Source: Antedon mediterranea
Lineage: Eukaryota > Animalia > Echinodermata
NCBI RefSeq assembly: GCF_964355755.1
Contig: NC_092676.1
Coordinates: 4,193,888-4,257,887 of the forward strand
DNA: 64,000 bases
Reading direction: 5' to 3'
A model generated the notes under the pieces. That model saw only the letters and a list, made by a program, of their open reading frames with translations, was not told the origin of the DNA and searched no databases. Below, in pieces: positions 13,303 through 25,300 of the stretch. Position 1 is the stretch's first letter. The number at the start of each line of letters is the position of its first letter. The translations under genes were made by a program, and so were the position numbers.

Positions 13303-16300
13303 CTGAAAAAATAAGAATGTTGTTATATGAGTTAGAAATTATTTATATTATTATTTATTTATATTTTGCAGTCTGGCTTGCTCTATGTGTGTGTGTGTCA
13401 GACTGAGAATGAAACACAATAGATGATATAATGATTTGGATAAATATTTATTCTGAAAAGTCCCGTGAGCACGGATCACGGCAAAATAGAAAATATACCT
13501 ATTGGGATAAGTGATTAAGTAGAAAATACTGGGATGCTACAAAAGCCAATGGATGCCACTGAAATGGCATCCAGCTGCCCAGCAAGTGAGGCGTGGTATC
13601 GGGACTTTTCAGAACAAAAAATGTGTTGAGCTATAATGCGCACAATAATGATTATAATGCGCCTACAAGTGTAGAGCGCGTAATTGCACTGGTGGTCTAT
13701 TTGGTATAAAATACTTTAGAAAATAAAAGCTACGATGCAACTATAAGTGTAGAGCGCGCAATGACACTGGTGGTGTCTGTTATAAAATAATTCGGACAAT
13801 AACACTATAATTCGCCTACAAACATAGAAGGCGTAATGACACTGGTGGGCTATTTGATATAAACTAGGTCAAGATAAAGTCATTAACAATATGAGAAAGC
13901 TGCTGTTGTGCTGACGCATAAAGATCTCCTGTGGCCTGACCCATGTCATTTGATTCTACGTCTACTATAATGAATGTGTGGTTTATTTATTACTCGCTTA
14001 AACAGTATGGGTAGGTCAGAAATGTGTATACCCTGTTTGCCTACAATAACCACATCAGTGTTAGGCTAGTCAATCTAGCAAAAAAAAAACAGCCCAAAGT
14101 GAAACAAATTGCAAACAGAGATTTTTCTTTTTTAAATGGTCATATATGATGAGGAGATCAAAATTTGAGCATCACACCTCTGTCACTCATTCCGATGATA
14201 TGCAAATTAGCTTAAATATGCAAATTAGGGTGAAATTACAGGGTTACCATATCTCAAAAACTACTAGTCCGAGAGAGTTGATTTTTTCACTGATCTATTC
14301 ACAATGTATATATTTATATTTACTCTAATGAAACATTTTACGAAAAAATGACCGGAAGTACAACATTTGACCTTCGACCCCATTTCTCAATGTTTGCATA
14401 TACAATGTGACTAAAATGTCTGTAGAGACTTTATTTTGCCCTCAAATGACCCAGACATGGGTTCCTAATAGCCAGCATAGGATCTCTTTGTAATTCCCAA
14501 AATCACACCTTTGTCACACACCTCGAAAGTATGCAAATTAGTAGTACAATTTAAATAAAATATGCAAATAAGGGGAAAAAATTACAGTTGTCCTATATCT
14601 CGAAAACCACTAAATGCTAGAGAGCTGATTTTTTCACAGCAGTATTCAGAATGAACATATTTCTATTTGCTCCAATGAAACATTTTACAAAACATTGACC
14701 GGAAGTATGACATTTGACCCTCGACCCCATTTCTCAATATTGCATATAAATGAAACTAAAATGTCTGTAGAGACTTTGTTTTTCCCTCAAATGACTCCGA
14801 TACAGGTTTCTAATAGCCAACATAGGACTGTTTAGTAGATCTCAAAATCACACCTGTATCACTCACCTCCAAAGTATGCAAATTATTAGTACAAGTTACA
14901 TGAAATATGCAAATTAGAGGGTGAAATTAAAGGTTCCTATATATCGAAAACCACTAAGGCTAGAGAGTTGATTTTTTTCAATAACTTGTTCAGAATGTAC
15001 ATATTTATATTTACTCTAATGAAACATTTTACGAAAAAATGACCGGAAATACAACAATTGACCCTCGACCCCATTTATCAATGTTTGCATACATAATGCG
15101 ACTAAAATTTCTGTAGAGACTTTGTTTTGGACTCAAATAACTCGGATACATGTTTCCTATAGTCAGCATTCGTGAGGTTAATTTCCCGATTGATCGAAAT
15201 CAAAACGGTACTGGGTATGGTCTACTAGTTTTTCTGCTCCCAACCAGTACATCCATTCATAGAAGCTTTGATGAAGTAAGCCTACCTGGTGGTAACCATA
15301 GAACGGTTCCGAGATAACGACTATACTTCGGCTTTAGTCGACAGAAGTTTGAAAAAATTGTTAGAGATAGCAGGCCCGTAGCCAGGGGGGGTTTTTATGG
15401 TTCGGGCGAACCCCCCCTTTACAGCGAACCCCCCTTAACCGACTGCGAACCCCCATCCCCGACATGCCCAATACCTCACCCTCATCTCCGAAAATCGTCC
15501 AAATACGTGCCCCACAGTACAAAAAGTTGTTCGTAAATTAAAAAATTCGTAAACTCGTTCGGAATAACTCATACAGTACCTTCTTCCCTGTATGAGCGTA
15601 CTTCGAGCGATATAGTCTGTAAAGAGTTGCAAATGAATTGCGGATTTTAACCTGAAAAATAAATGTTTGGTCCCTGCATGTAACATGATATTGACGCGTC
15701 TCACAGCGAGCTGGGGGACGAACGATTCGTACAAAGGACACCGCCAGACAACTGCGTACCAATTGTTTAGATCACTGGCAGTCAGGCAGCATGCATAAAG
15801 TATATAGCCTTCCGACATACATCAGTATTTATGTGTGGCTATGAAGTATAATTATATCATAGAGGATTATAGTGAATATTAATATTTTACACTATAATAT
15901 CTATGGTATCATGTACTGTAGTTCACATTATGGCATCCGATTATTTTTTTCTAGACCACCAGCCGATACGTAGGCCTACTCAAATGTATCAATATCACCT
16001 ATTTACATTGGCATATTTAATTTCCTCAACAAATTGCTGTAAATAAATATTATAGATAGAGCTGTAATAAGAATTGCATTTGCCTTCACCCAGTGTGCTT
16101 TTTTCGGGGCTTCTCCTAGACGTACGTTCGCATTGAACTTGAACGCAAAACAAAATATCGAGTAAATGATCAAACAATCGGCGGTTCCGCACAGAGCACG
16201 CGCATCTAACGAGTCCAAGTACGATCGATCGTTTTGCTCATTGGTAGCATGCTGCATGAGAGTGTCTTTTCCGGCCATCTAGGGGTGTCATTTAACAAAA

Positions 16301-19300
16301 TTTGCTTCGCCTCAGGCTCCACCCCAGGTGGGGGAGGGGGGGGGGGGGAGGTGGGTAGGGGTAGGTATGGGGGTGGGGGTGACCCAAATACTTAGTGTGC
16401 GAACCCCCCCTTGACAGATCCTGGCTACGGCCCTGGATAGAGTATACGATGTTTGATTACGTACGTGTAGATGTGTGATTTGTTCTTTTTATTCAAATGA
16501 TGTTATGTATTTAATAATATTCGTGAGGTTAATTTCCCGATTGATCGAAATCAAAACGGTACTGGGTATGGTCTACTAGTTTTTCTGTTCCCAACCAGTA
16601 CATCCATTCATAGAAGCTTTGATGAAGTAAGCCTACCTGGTGGTAACCATAGAACGGTTCCGCGATAACGACTATACTTCGGCTTTAGTCGACAGAAGTT
16701 TGAAAAAATTGTTAGAGATAGAGTATACGATGTTTGATTACGTACGTGTAGATGTGTGATTTGTTCTTTTTATTCAAATGATGTTATGTATTACTTTTTT
16801 AAAGCAAAAATGTATAATTTTGGCAAAAAAATCAGCAAAATCTGTGATATGCAATATTTATTATGTTAATTAAGACAAGAAGCCATAATTATTTTTTTTT
16901 TACCCAATATATACTAGAAATAATGTGTAAACTACATGTGCTTGTGAAAAGGCAAACATAAGTTATTAACGATTACGTTTGGGTACTTGTAGCAGGGATT
17001 TAATAATGTTTAGTAAAATTGTGAAGTTGAGGGCGCTATTTATGTAAGATACAGGTACTCTATTTTCGGTTGTAACTCATTAAATACATAACCGTTTATG
17101 ATGAAAATTGATTTATTTTATAGATAATTAAACCTTCTTTCTTATTAATTATTTAAAAGTTATGTTAGATAATAAATACCTATGAAAAATGTGCAAAAAT
17201 CAACAAAAAAATTGAGCCTCATTTCTAAAGAACAATATCATACTCAAACTCAGAACATGGTGTAGTTGGGGAGCCAGAAAGGGGTTACCTGCAACCTCTA
17301 GCAAACTATGCCAACAATTTTTTTTGCTTCCTTATATCAAAACAATTTTTTGCTATTGGCCGAAAAAAATTGGGATGCTTGGTCAGTACAGGGGCCAAAA
17401 TGTCAATATGGTCAAAGTTAAGACTGTGCGTAACTTGGTAAGTACTGGGTGTATTGGAATATTACGGGTCTGTGAGATCCAAGGAGGTGTCTCATGCTCG
17501 CCCCTAGCCCATGTTTGAGGGTAAATGAGTCCGCCAAACCGCTGAACTATGGCCTATAATTTCTTATTTTTGGCGGCAATGTTTCTGCCTTAGGCGTAGC
17601 CATAATGGTGGTCAATCAGTCAGAATATAATGTATGAATATATATTTCTGTAAATCAATTTTTAAGATACTTTATTAGCCTACTTATACCATGAACATTA
17701 AGTGTTAAAGTAAAATTTGTGACGAAAAACTATTGTCGGGTATAATTTAAAAAGTGAAAAAAGAATTAAACTTTAAGAACCTGAGCACAAGCGTGCGTTG
17801 CGACTGGCAATGATTTAGAAAAGGGTGTTATATTATTTATTTATATTAATTATTCACGTTTTTCAGTTATTTTTTGACATAATTACCTCAGCAACCCTTC
17901 TCATCAAAATTCTTCCGTAACCTCTTTCTATAAAATTTAAGCAAAGAATAACATTGATATTTTCTTTTTTGGTGACATGCTATTGACTTTTTATTGAAAT
18001 TTGGCTTATATTACCAGAAAGCATTTTTAAAATATTAAAACCATTTTTTTGGTTTTGGTTGGATTTCAACTAAGAATGTTCAGTTTCCGCAGAAAAAAAT
18101 AATAATAACATAGTTAGAAATACACATCACTTTAATTTTAACTGATTGCAACCAATCAAAATCTTGGGATGCATTCACATACATTAAAGGTCAGTTAGAA
18201 GTAGGTCATAGGTCAGTTAGTAGGTCATTTACCTCTGAACTCTTTCATGATATATAGGTCTTCCATATAAACCACCTTTCCCTTCCAAGTACTGTATGTA
18301 TAGAAGAAAACACTGTAACCAATTACTTCAAATATCTCTACTTCTGGTCTTTTATATTCCGCTACTATGCAAGACACAATGCTTCCTGGCTCAAATATAT
18401 CCTTCTGTAGACCTGAAAAAAAACAAGAGTTTTAACAAGTTCAATAAACATCTCACAGGAAAGCTACATTTCAGAAAACAAGTGTGCAAGTGGGCGCTTA
18501 TAGATAGATAGATAGATAAATCTGCGCCGTTGATACTAAATTGGATCTTCCTATGTTTACATTACAGCAGGGTCATACTATAAGTTGGTTCCAGTCCGTG
18601 CGTAAGACCCAGTAGTCATATGTAACCCGAGTTTCTAGCAAGAAACTAAAATTTCCAAGAAGTATTAAATAATCAAATCAAGGAAAACGCCTTATAAATT
18701 AAAATGTAGATTTATTCCTTTGACATCAACTTGTCAGAATTTACATAACCAATATTATTTATTCACAAGATAAAACATTAAAGTGTCCACAAAACTAAAA
18801 GTTTATATTAAAATTGAGTCTTCAGTTGAAACAATTCCGACTTGAAAGGTTCCACAGTAGAGTAAATGTTATCAACGAAATGTTCCGACCAATGGTGTAA
18901 TAATTGCAATAATGATTCGTAAATTTCAAAAGTAGTGTTTTCTCATCTAAGAAAAGAGAAAATATATACATATACTATATAACTATAAAACAATTTAAAT
19001 CAAATATCATTTGGTACATAATTAAAATACCACAATGTTTGCAAAATAACCTAGGCTATGATAGACAATTAAACAAAATAAAACATAATCCGTCAATACC
19101 GCCAGGTTCGATTAACACTGATTGGTATATGATTATTCACACTACTCATTAAAACATTAGTTACATTATATAGTTAGAGGTACTTCGTTTGGTAAGTATG
19201 CTAATACTTGATACCAATATAACTACATTGCAACTCAATGGATAATAGCAATAGCTATTCAAACGTGTGTCTATCAACATATTAACCTGACTATTATAAA

Positions 19301-22300
19301 CTCAGGATGGTTAATGCAGCGCATCCATTCAATAAACTAAATTATAAACTAAAAGGTAATTAAAGGTATAAAAATAAATGTCGCATAAAGCGGAAATCAA
19401 AAATAAGTGTATAATACAATAGTCTCAATTCTACAATCACACTCCAATTGTCTCTAGGTCAATCAATACCAAGAGTGTACTGCCATCTAGTAAATGACCC
19501 ACATTTACCAGAATCGTCCTGATACACTCATACAATTAAAAGTATTAGCAAAAGCAAGTTAATCACTTCAAGACCCTTTAACTTAAAACGGGAGAGAACA
19601 ATGTGTGATTGCAGAACCTTACTTTACAGTAACATAAATTACCAAGCGCAATTGCAAATGGTATCACAAAAGTTATAAAATATAATCAAAAAGTTAAGTA
19701 TCACATAACTAATCTAAAGCATTGAGCCAATGCAAACATAATGCATAAACCTAATCTTCATAAGCTTAAATCTCAAATTAAGTTATATTAACAAATTTGT
19801 TAAACATAAAATAATACAATTGATAGTTCTTACCTAAGAAAAGAGCCAAAATATGAAAAAGTGACTTCCTTTAAAGTTGTTAAAAATGTATAGATGTTTC
19901 TTGTGAGCAGGCACAAGTGGAAGTGAGGTATAATCATCAGAAATGAAGATAATCACCTTAGTTGCCTAGCAACTTGGCAAAACACATTCCTTACTTCCCA
20001 AACATTTGTCACTATGACCCACTTGGGGTAACCTTTGTTGCAATTAAGCTGCATTCTTTTCTACTGACCTATAAACTATATTTATATACAGTACATTGTA
20101 AAAACAGATACATTCAAATGAAAAAAATCAAACAGAAAGATATAAGAAAGATATAAATGGTAAAAATATATTCATAAAAATCATAGGGTTACAACCTCCC
20201 CTCTTGAACTCTGCGTTGTCCCTAACGCACTTAGAGAATTTGCCAGACCATAGAGACTGGTGGCTACTCTGCTATACCAGGTTGGATTTCCAAGATGATC
20301 ATAGTTGAGTCTTCGAGGCACTTGACGGTTTCTGACTGGCCTGCTGTATTCCTCCGTTTCTACAGTGATGTCGTCACCTTGTTCTGTAACACTTTCTGGT
20401 TCATTGGTTGTTTGATCACCATCATCAGACTCGGACCTCGTTGTTGTGTTAGTATCACCACTAGCTGTGTCTGCAGTTTCTACAGGCACTTCAGTATTGT
20501 TTTCACACTGAACTTGCTCCTCTTGTCCACTACTAAAATCTGTGATTCTCTTTATAAGTGTTCTAGGCGTGTATTCAGAGGCATCCGTATTTGGAAATGT
20601 AGAAGATACTATTATAGGCCTACTTGGAGTTTCTTGTAGATACGGTGGTGTAAGTGAACCAGCTATGCTGCTATCCTCTATTTCAGAATTATCATTTTGT
20701 ACAGGAGTAGCATTGAGAACATCAATGTGCTCAGTTTCACTGGCCTGATCATTTGCATTATCTACAGGAACTGATATAGTTACATCTACAACAGATTCAT
20801 CATCTTCATCACTGGAACAAGAATTTTCATTCTCGGTTGTATTCTTTGTTTGTGATCGGGTTTTTGGTCTTCTAGCCTTTTCTGGAACTGGACTGGGTAG
20901 TCTCACTTCTGTGATGTAACCAACAGGAAGAATATGATCCCGATGCAAAGTTTTAGCTTGTTCATTACCTTTTTCTGGTTTAAGTCTGTAAACTGGAAGG
21001 TCTGCAAATTTCTCTATAATAATAAATGGTTCAGGTTTCCAACGGTCTGCAAGCTTATTCTTTCCTTTAAGTCCTAAGTTTCTGACTAGAACTCAGTCTC
21101 CTGGTTGCAGAACTGCATTAGCTATACGGACTTTCTTATCGTACCTCCTTTTGTTAGCATGCCCAGCCTTTTCTGACTCATTTCGTGCCATATCATAAGC
21201 TTTCTCAAGACCTTGACGAAGATCTTCCACATATTTGCTATGACTACGATTTTGGTTTCCATCAGGGTGCAAGTCGAAACAAATATCAACGGGCAAGCGA
21301 GCTTCCCTTCCAAACATAAGAAAGTAGGGTGAAAATCCGGTACTGTCATGCTTCGTGCAATTATATGCATGCACTAACGAGCTGACATGCTTACTCCAAT
21401 TTACTTTCTTTTCATTTTCTAATGTTCCCAGCATGTTTAATAGTGTTCGGTTAAATCTCTCAGGTTGTGGATCTCCTTGTGGGTGATAAGGAGTGGTATG
21501 TGATTTGTGAATTCCTAATAGACCAGTGAGTTCTTTGATCACTTTACTTTCAAATTCTGGTCCTTGATCAGAGTGGAGCCTTTTTGGTAGCCCATAGTGT
21601 TGAAAGTATTGTTGCCATAATACCTTCGCAACTGTAAGTGCTGTTTGGTCCTTTGTCGGAAAAGCTTGGGCATACCTGGTGAAATGATCGGTCACTACCA
21701 GTATCGACTTCTTACCACTGCTATCTGGCTCAAGAGACAGAAAGTCCATACAGACCAACTCCATAGGTCCATTTGTTTTAATATTGTGTAGCGGTGCACT
21801 TTTTGAAGGCAAAGATTTACGTGCTAGGCAACGACCACAATGCTTGACCCACTCTACCACCTCTGTTGACATCTTCGGCCAATAGAATCTCTCTCTAACT
21901 AACGCTACTGTGCGTTCAGTGCCATGATGTCCTAAGTCATTATGGAGCATTGTCAAAGCCTTCACTCGGTAAGCCTTTGGTAAAAGGAGTTGTTCAATTT
22001 TACTACCGTCTTGAGGTCTGGTAATAATACGGTACAGTACATTATCTTTCAATGTTAATTTGGCATATTCTCTGCAATAACGAGTAAGTTCCTTCGACGC
22101 GTTGTTTGTTATCTTTGGCTTCTGACCTGATTTTACCATTTCTTTCAGTTCCTTTAACACATAATCAGCATCCTGTGCTTCATTCCAGTTAATAACATCA
22201 GTGAGGGATGTTTCATTACTATACATCTCTGGAATACACTGACTACTACCACCAAGACAATATGCATAAGGTAGTGTGTCACTTGAATTGGTAACAGCTG

Positions 22301-25300
22301 AACGTATCCCATATACCGCATTTATGACTTCTTTAGGTGAGATTTCACTCACTCGCGTTTGTAGATTCTCTTTAATTCTCATCTGATCAACTTCATCTGC
22401 CGCATTAGCATCAGAAGCGAGAGGTCTGCGGGACAATGCATCCGCATCTTGATTAGTTCTACCAGGTTTATATTGAATGGAGAAGTCAAAGTTAGCTAAC
22501 GCGGCCAACCATCGGTGACCTGTAGCATCCAATTTAGCTGAAGTAAGAACATATGTTAATGGATTACTGTCAGTCATTACCTTGGTACCTTTTGCATGGT
22601 ACAAAAGATCCTTAAATTTATCAGTTACGGCCCATTTTAATGCCAGGAATTCAAGTTTATGTGCTGGGTAATTTCTCTCACTCTGGCTCACTGTCCGACT
22701 AGCATATGCTACAGGTTTAAATTTGTTGTCAACTTCCTGTAATAAAACTGCTCCAAGACCATCACGGCATGCATCGACATGAAGTTGGAATGGCTTGGTG
22801 AGATCAGCATATGCTAAAACAGGTGCAGATGATAATCTAGTCTTAAGTTGGTTAAAAGCCTGGTTACATAGATCAGTCCATTGATTTGAGAATGGTTCAG
22901 AAGACTTCTGTAACCCGTCATGACGTACTTTCTTTGACGTTCGACCACGCTTAGGTGAGAAGGCATATTTACTGGCTAATGAGTGAAGCGGAGCTGCAAT
23001 TTTCGAGTATCCTTCAACAAATCGTCTATAATAACCTGTTAGGCCAAGGAAACTTCGTAAGTCCTTAGCATTCTTTGGTGTAGGCCACTCTTTAACGCTT
23101 GAAACCTTTTCAGGATCAGTCTGAATTCCCTCTTCGCTTACTATATGCCCAAGGTATGTTACAGATTTGCAAAAGAACTTGCACTTCTCTGGAGAAACCT
23201 TGAGGCCAAACTCTTTTAAGCGATCAAATACTTTGGTGAGACGATTTTCCATCTCCTCTACTGTCTTAGAAAATACGATAATGTCATCCATGTATACCAA
23301 TGCTTCAATAAAATTCATGCCGGACATACAAGATTCCATTAATCTTTGAAAAGTAGACGGTGCACCTTTAATACCTTGAGGCATCCTTTCGAATTCATAA
23401 AAACCAATTGGGCAAGTGAAGGCGGTTTTCTCCTTGTCACTCTCGCGCATAGGAATTTGATAGAAACCGGACTTAAGATCAATTACAGAGAACCATTTGG
23501 AACCACTGAGACAGTCGACAGCATCTTGTATCAGGGGTACTACATACTGGTCTGGCACAGTCCTTGCATTCAACTTTCTGTAATCGACGCACATTCGTAA
23601 GGAGCCATTTTTCTTTCTGACCAAAACAATTGGTGAGGCATATCTGCTCTTTGATGGTTTGATAATTCCATTACTTAAAAGTTCGTGAATATGTGTTTGT
23701 AAGTCAACTAAGTCGCCTGGGGATACCCTTCGTGTCCTCTCTCGAAAAGGAGTAGTGTCGTTCAAGTTGACTTCATGCTCAGCATTAGAGGTCAATCCAA
23801 GGTCCCATTCATGTTTGGCAAAAACATCAGCCTTTTCCTGGAACCTGCTAAGCATTCGGCTTTTAACATCTACGGGCACTTCAGATCCCCATTCAAACGG
23901 TAACTTACTGATGTCATTTAATTGCTCTGGGATTTGAGAAGAATTAGTTGAACAAGGGTTAGTAATGCTGCTAGGGATAGTGGCTTCTGCTAGTATATTA
24001 TTTTTATGTACATAAATATCTTTTGAACTGCTGTTTTTAACATCTATATTTACAGTGACACGTTTTCCTCTGGGTAATTTCTTAAGGCAAATGGTTGAAT
24101 TTAAATGTGCATTGACTTTGTTATTTGTATCAATCAATACTGTGACTTCATTGGTTGGCTTTCTGACTACCGCTTTAACGCTCTTGGTGGTACCAGCAGC
24201 AATAAGCTCACTACCAGCTGACCGTATAATCATGGTTTTCTCTTGGTTATCAGCATTGCGATATATAGCTGCACAACGTGTATTAATGAAGAGTCTTCTC
24301 AGGTATTGGGAACCAGCCCTTTTCTTACATTCCTGACGGAGTTGATTGAACAATCCTGTGTTGGTACCAATAATTACTTCATGTGAATTTTCAGTGTCTG
24401 GAACGACTAAAACTAGAACTTCAAAATTCTTATTGGTGCCAGCAAAAGTTTGAGGGAAAGCAATTCTAACCTTGGTCCATCCGAGATATGGTATTTTGCC
24501 ACCACCACCATGCCATAAGACTAAATCTGACAAAGGATGCAATGTCTTTGTAAGCTTCATAAAGACTGAATTATTAATTGTAGTGACTTGTGAACCACTA
24601 TCCAAAAGGCAATTATGTTTTAACCCATCAATGAAACATTCTTCAGTCACACTCTCCCCCACCAGTCCATTGGGAATATCGGTAAAATTTGGAGCTAATC
24701 GTTCTTCTTTGACATCTGACTGCCCCCTTCAAATGTCCGTTGGAGTTTCCCTGGTTGTGCAGATGGCTAATCAATTTCTCGTTAACTAATGCAGCATTTA
24801 CTTCTTTGGCACAATTACGTTTAATATGGCCATTTTCGCCGCAGTTGTAGCAGAATTTAGGGAAGTCAGATGGTTGTCGTCGTCCCCTACCTTGCCATTG
24901 GGTCTTTTGTTGATGTGGTTTTGATTCTGGTTGAGATTGTTGACTTTGTTGCTGGGTATGAGTACTGCCTAGAGTCGATTGTTTTAACATTTTCTCAATT
25001 CTGCTCATTCGCTCAATCAAATCGTTATTTTGGACTGAATGAGATGCAGCCACTGCGTTGCGGCTTTGCCCTTTAGCCTTCATCTGTCTATTTGATGTTT
25101 CTTCCTCCCATCGTCTCACTTTTCCTAGTAGGGTAAGATATGTTGGTGGTGCTTCTTGTAATTCTCTTAAACGCAAGTCCACTAACAGCAATGGTTCGAA
25201 GATGTTGCCCCTTATGAACTGCTTCAGAATTGCGGCATTCATCCTGTCTTCTGATATACCTCCCTTTTGCAGAACATGTCGTAAAGAATCCTGCAGTCGT

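Noticed and set aside
12400-17560. Possible Academ-like ends (..GACCGGACTA near 12913; ..CTATGGCCTA near 17556)
   Set aside because: Only single ends seen; no partner TIR or TSD could be located
19962-20156. Identical 64-aa ORF here and at 27501-27695
   Set aside because: Duplicated only because it lies in the LTRs; non-ATG start and no recognisable motif
20181-20948. Possible env-like third ORF
   Set aside because: In frame with pol beyond a single TGA; no signal peptide or transmembrane segment
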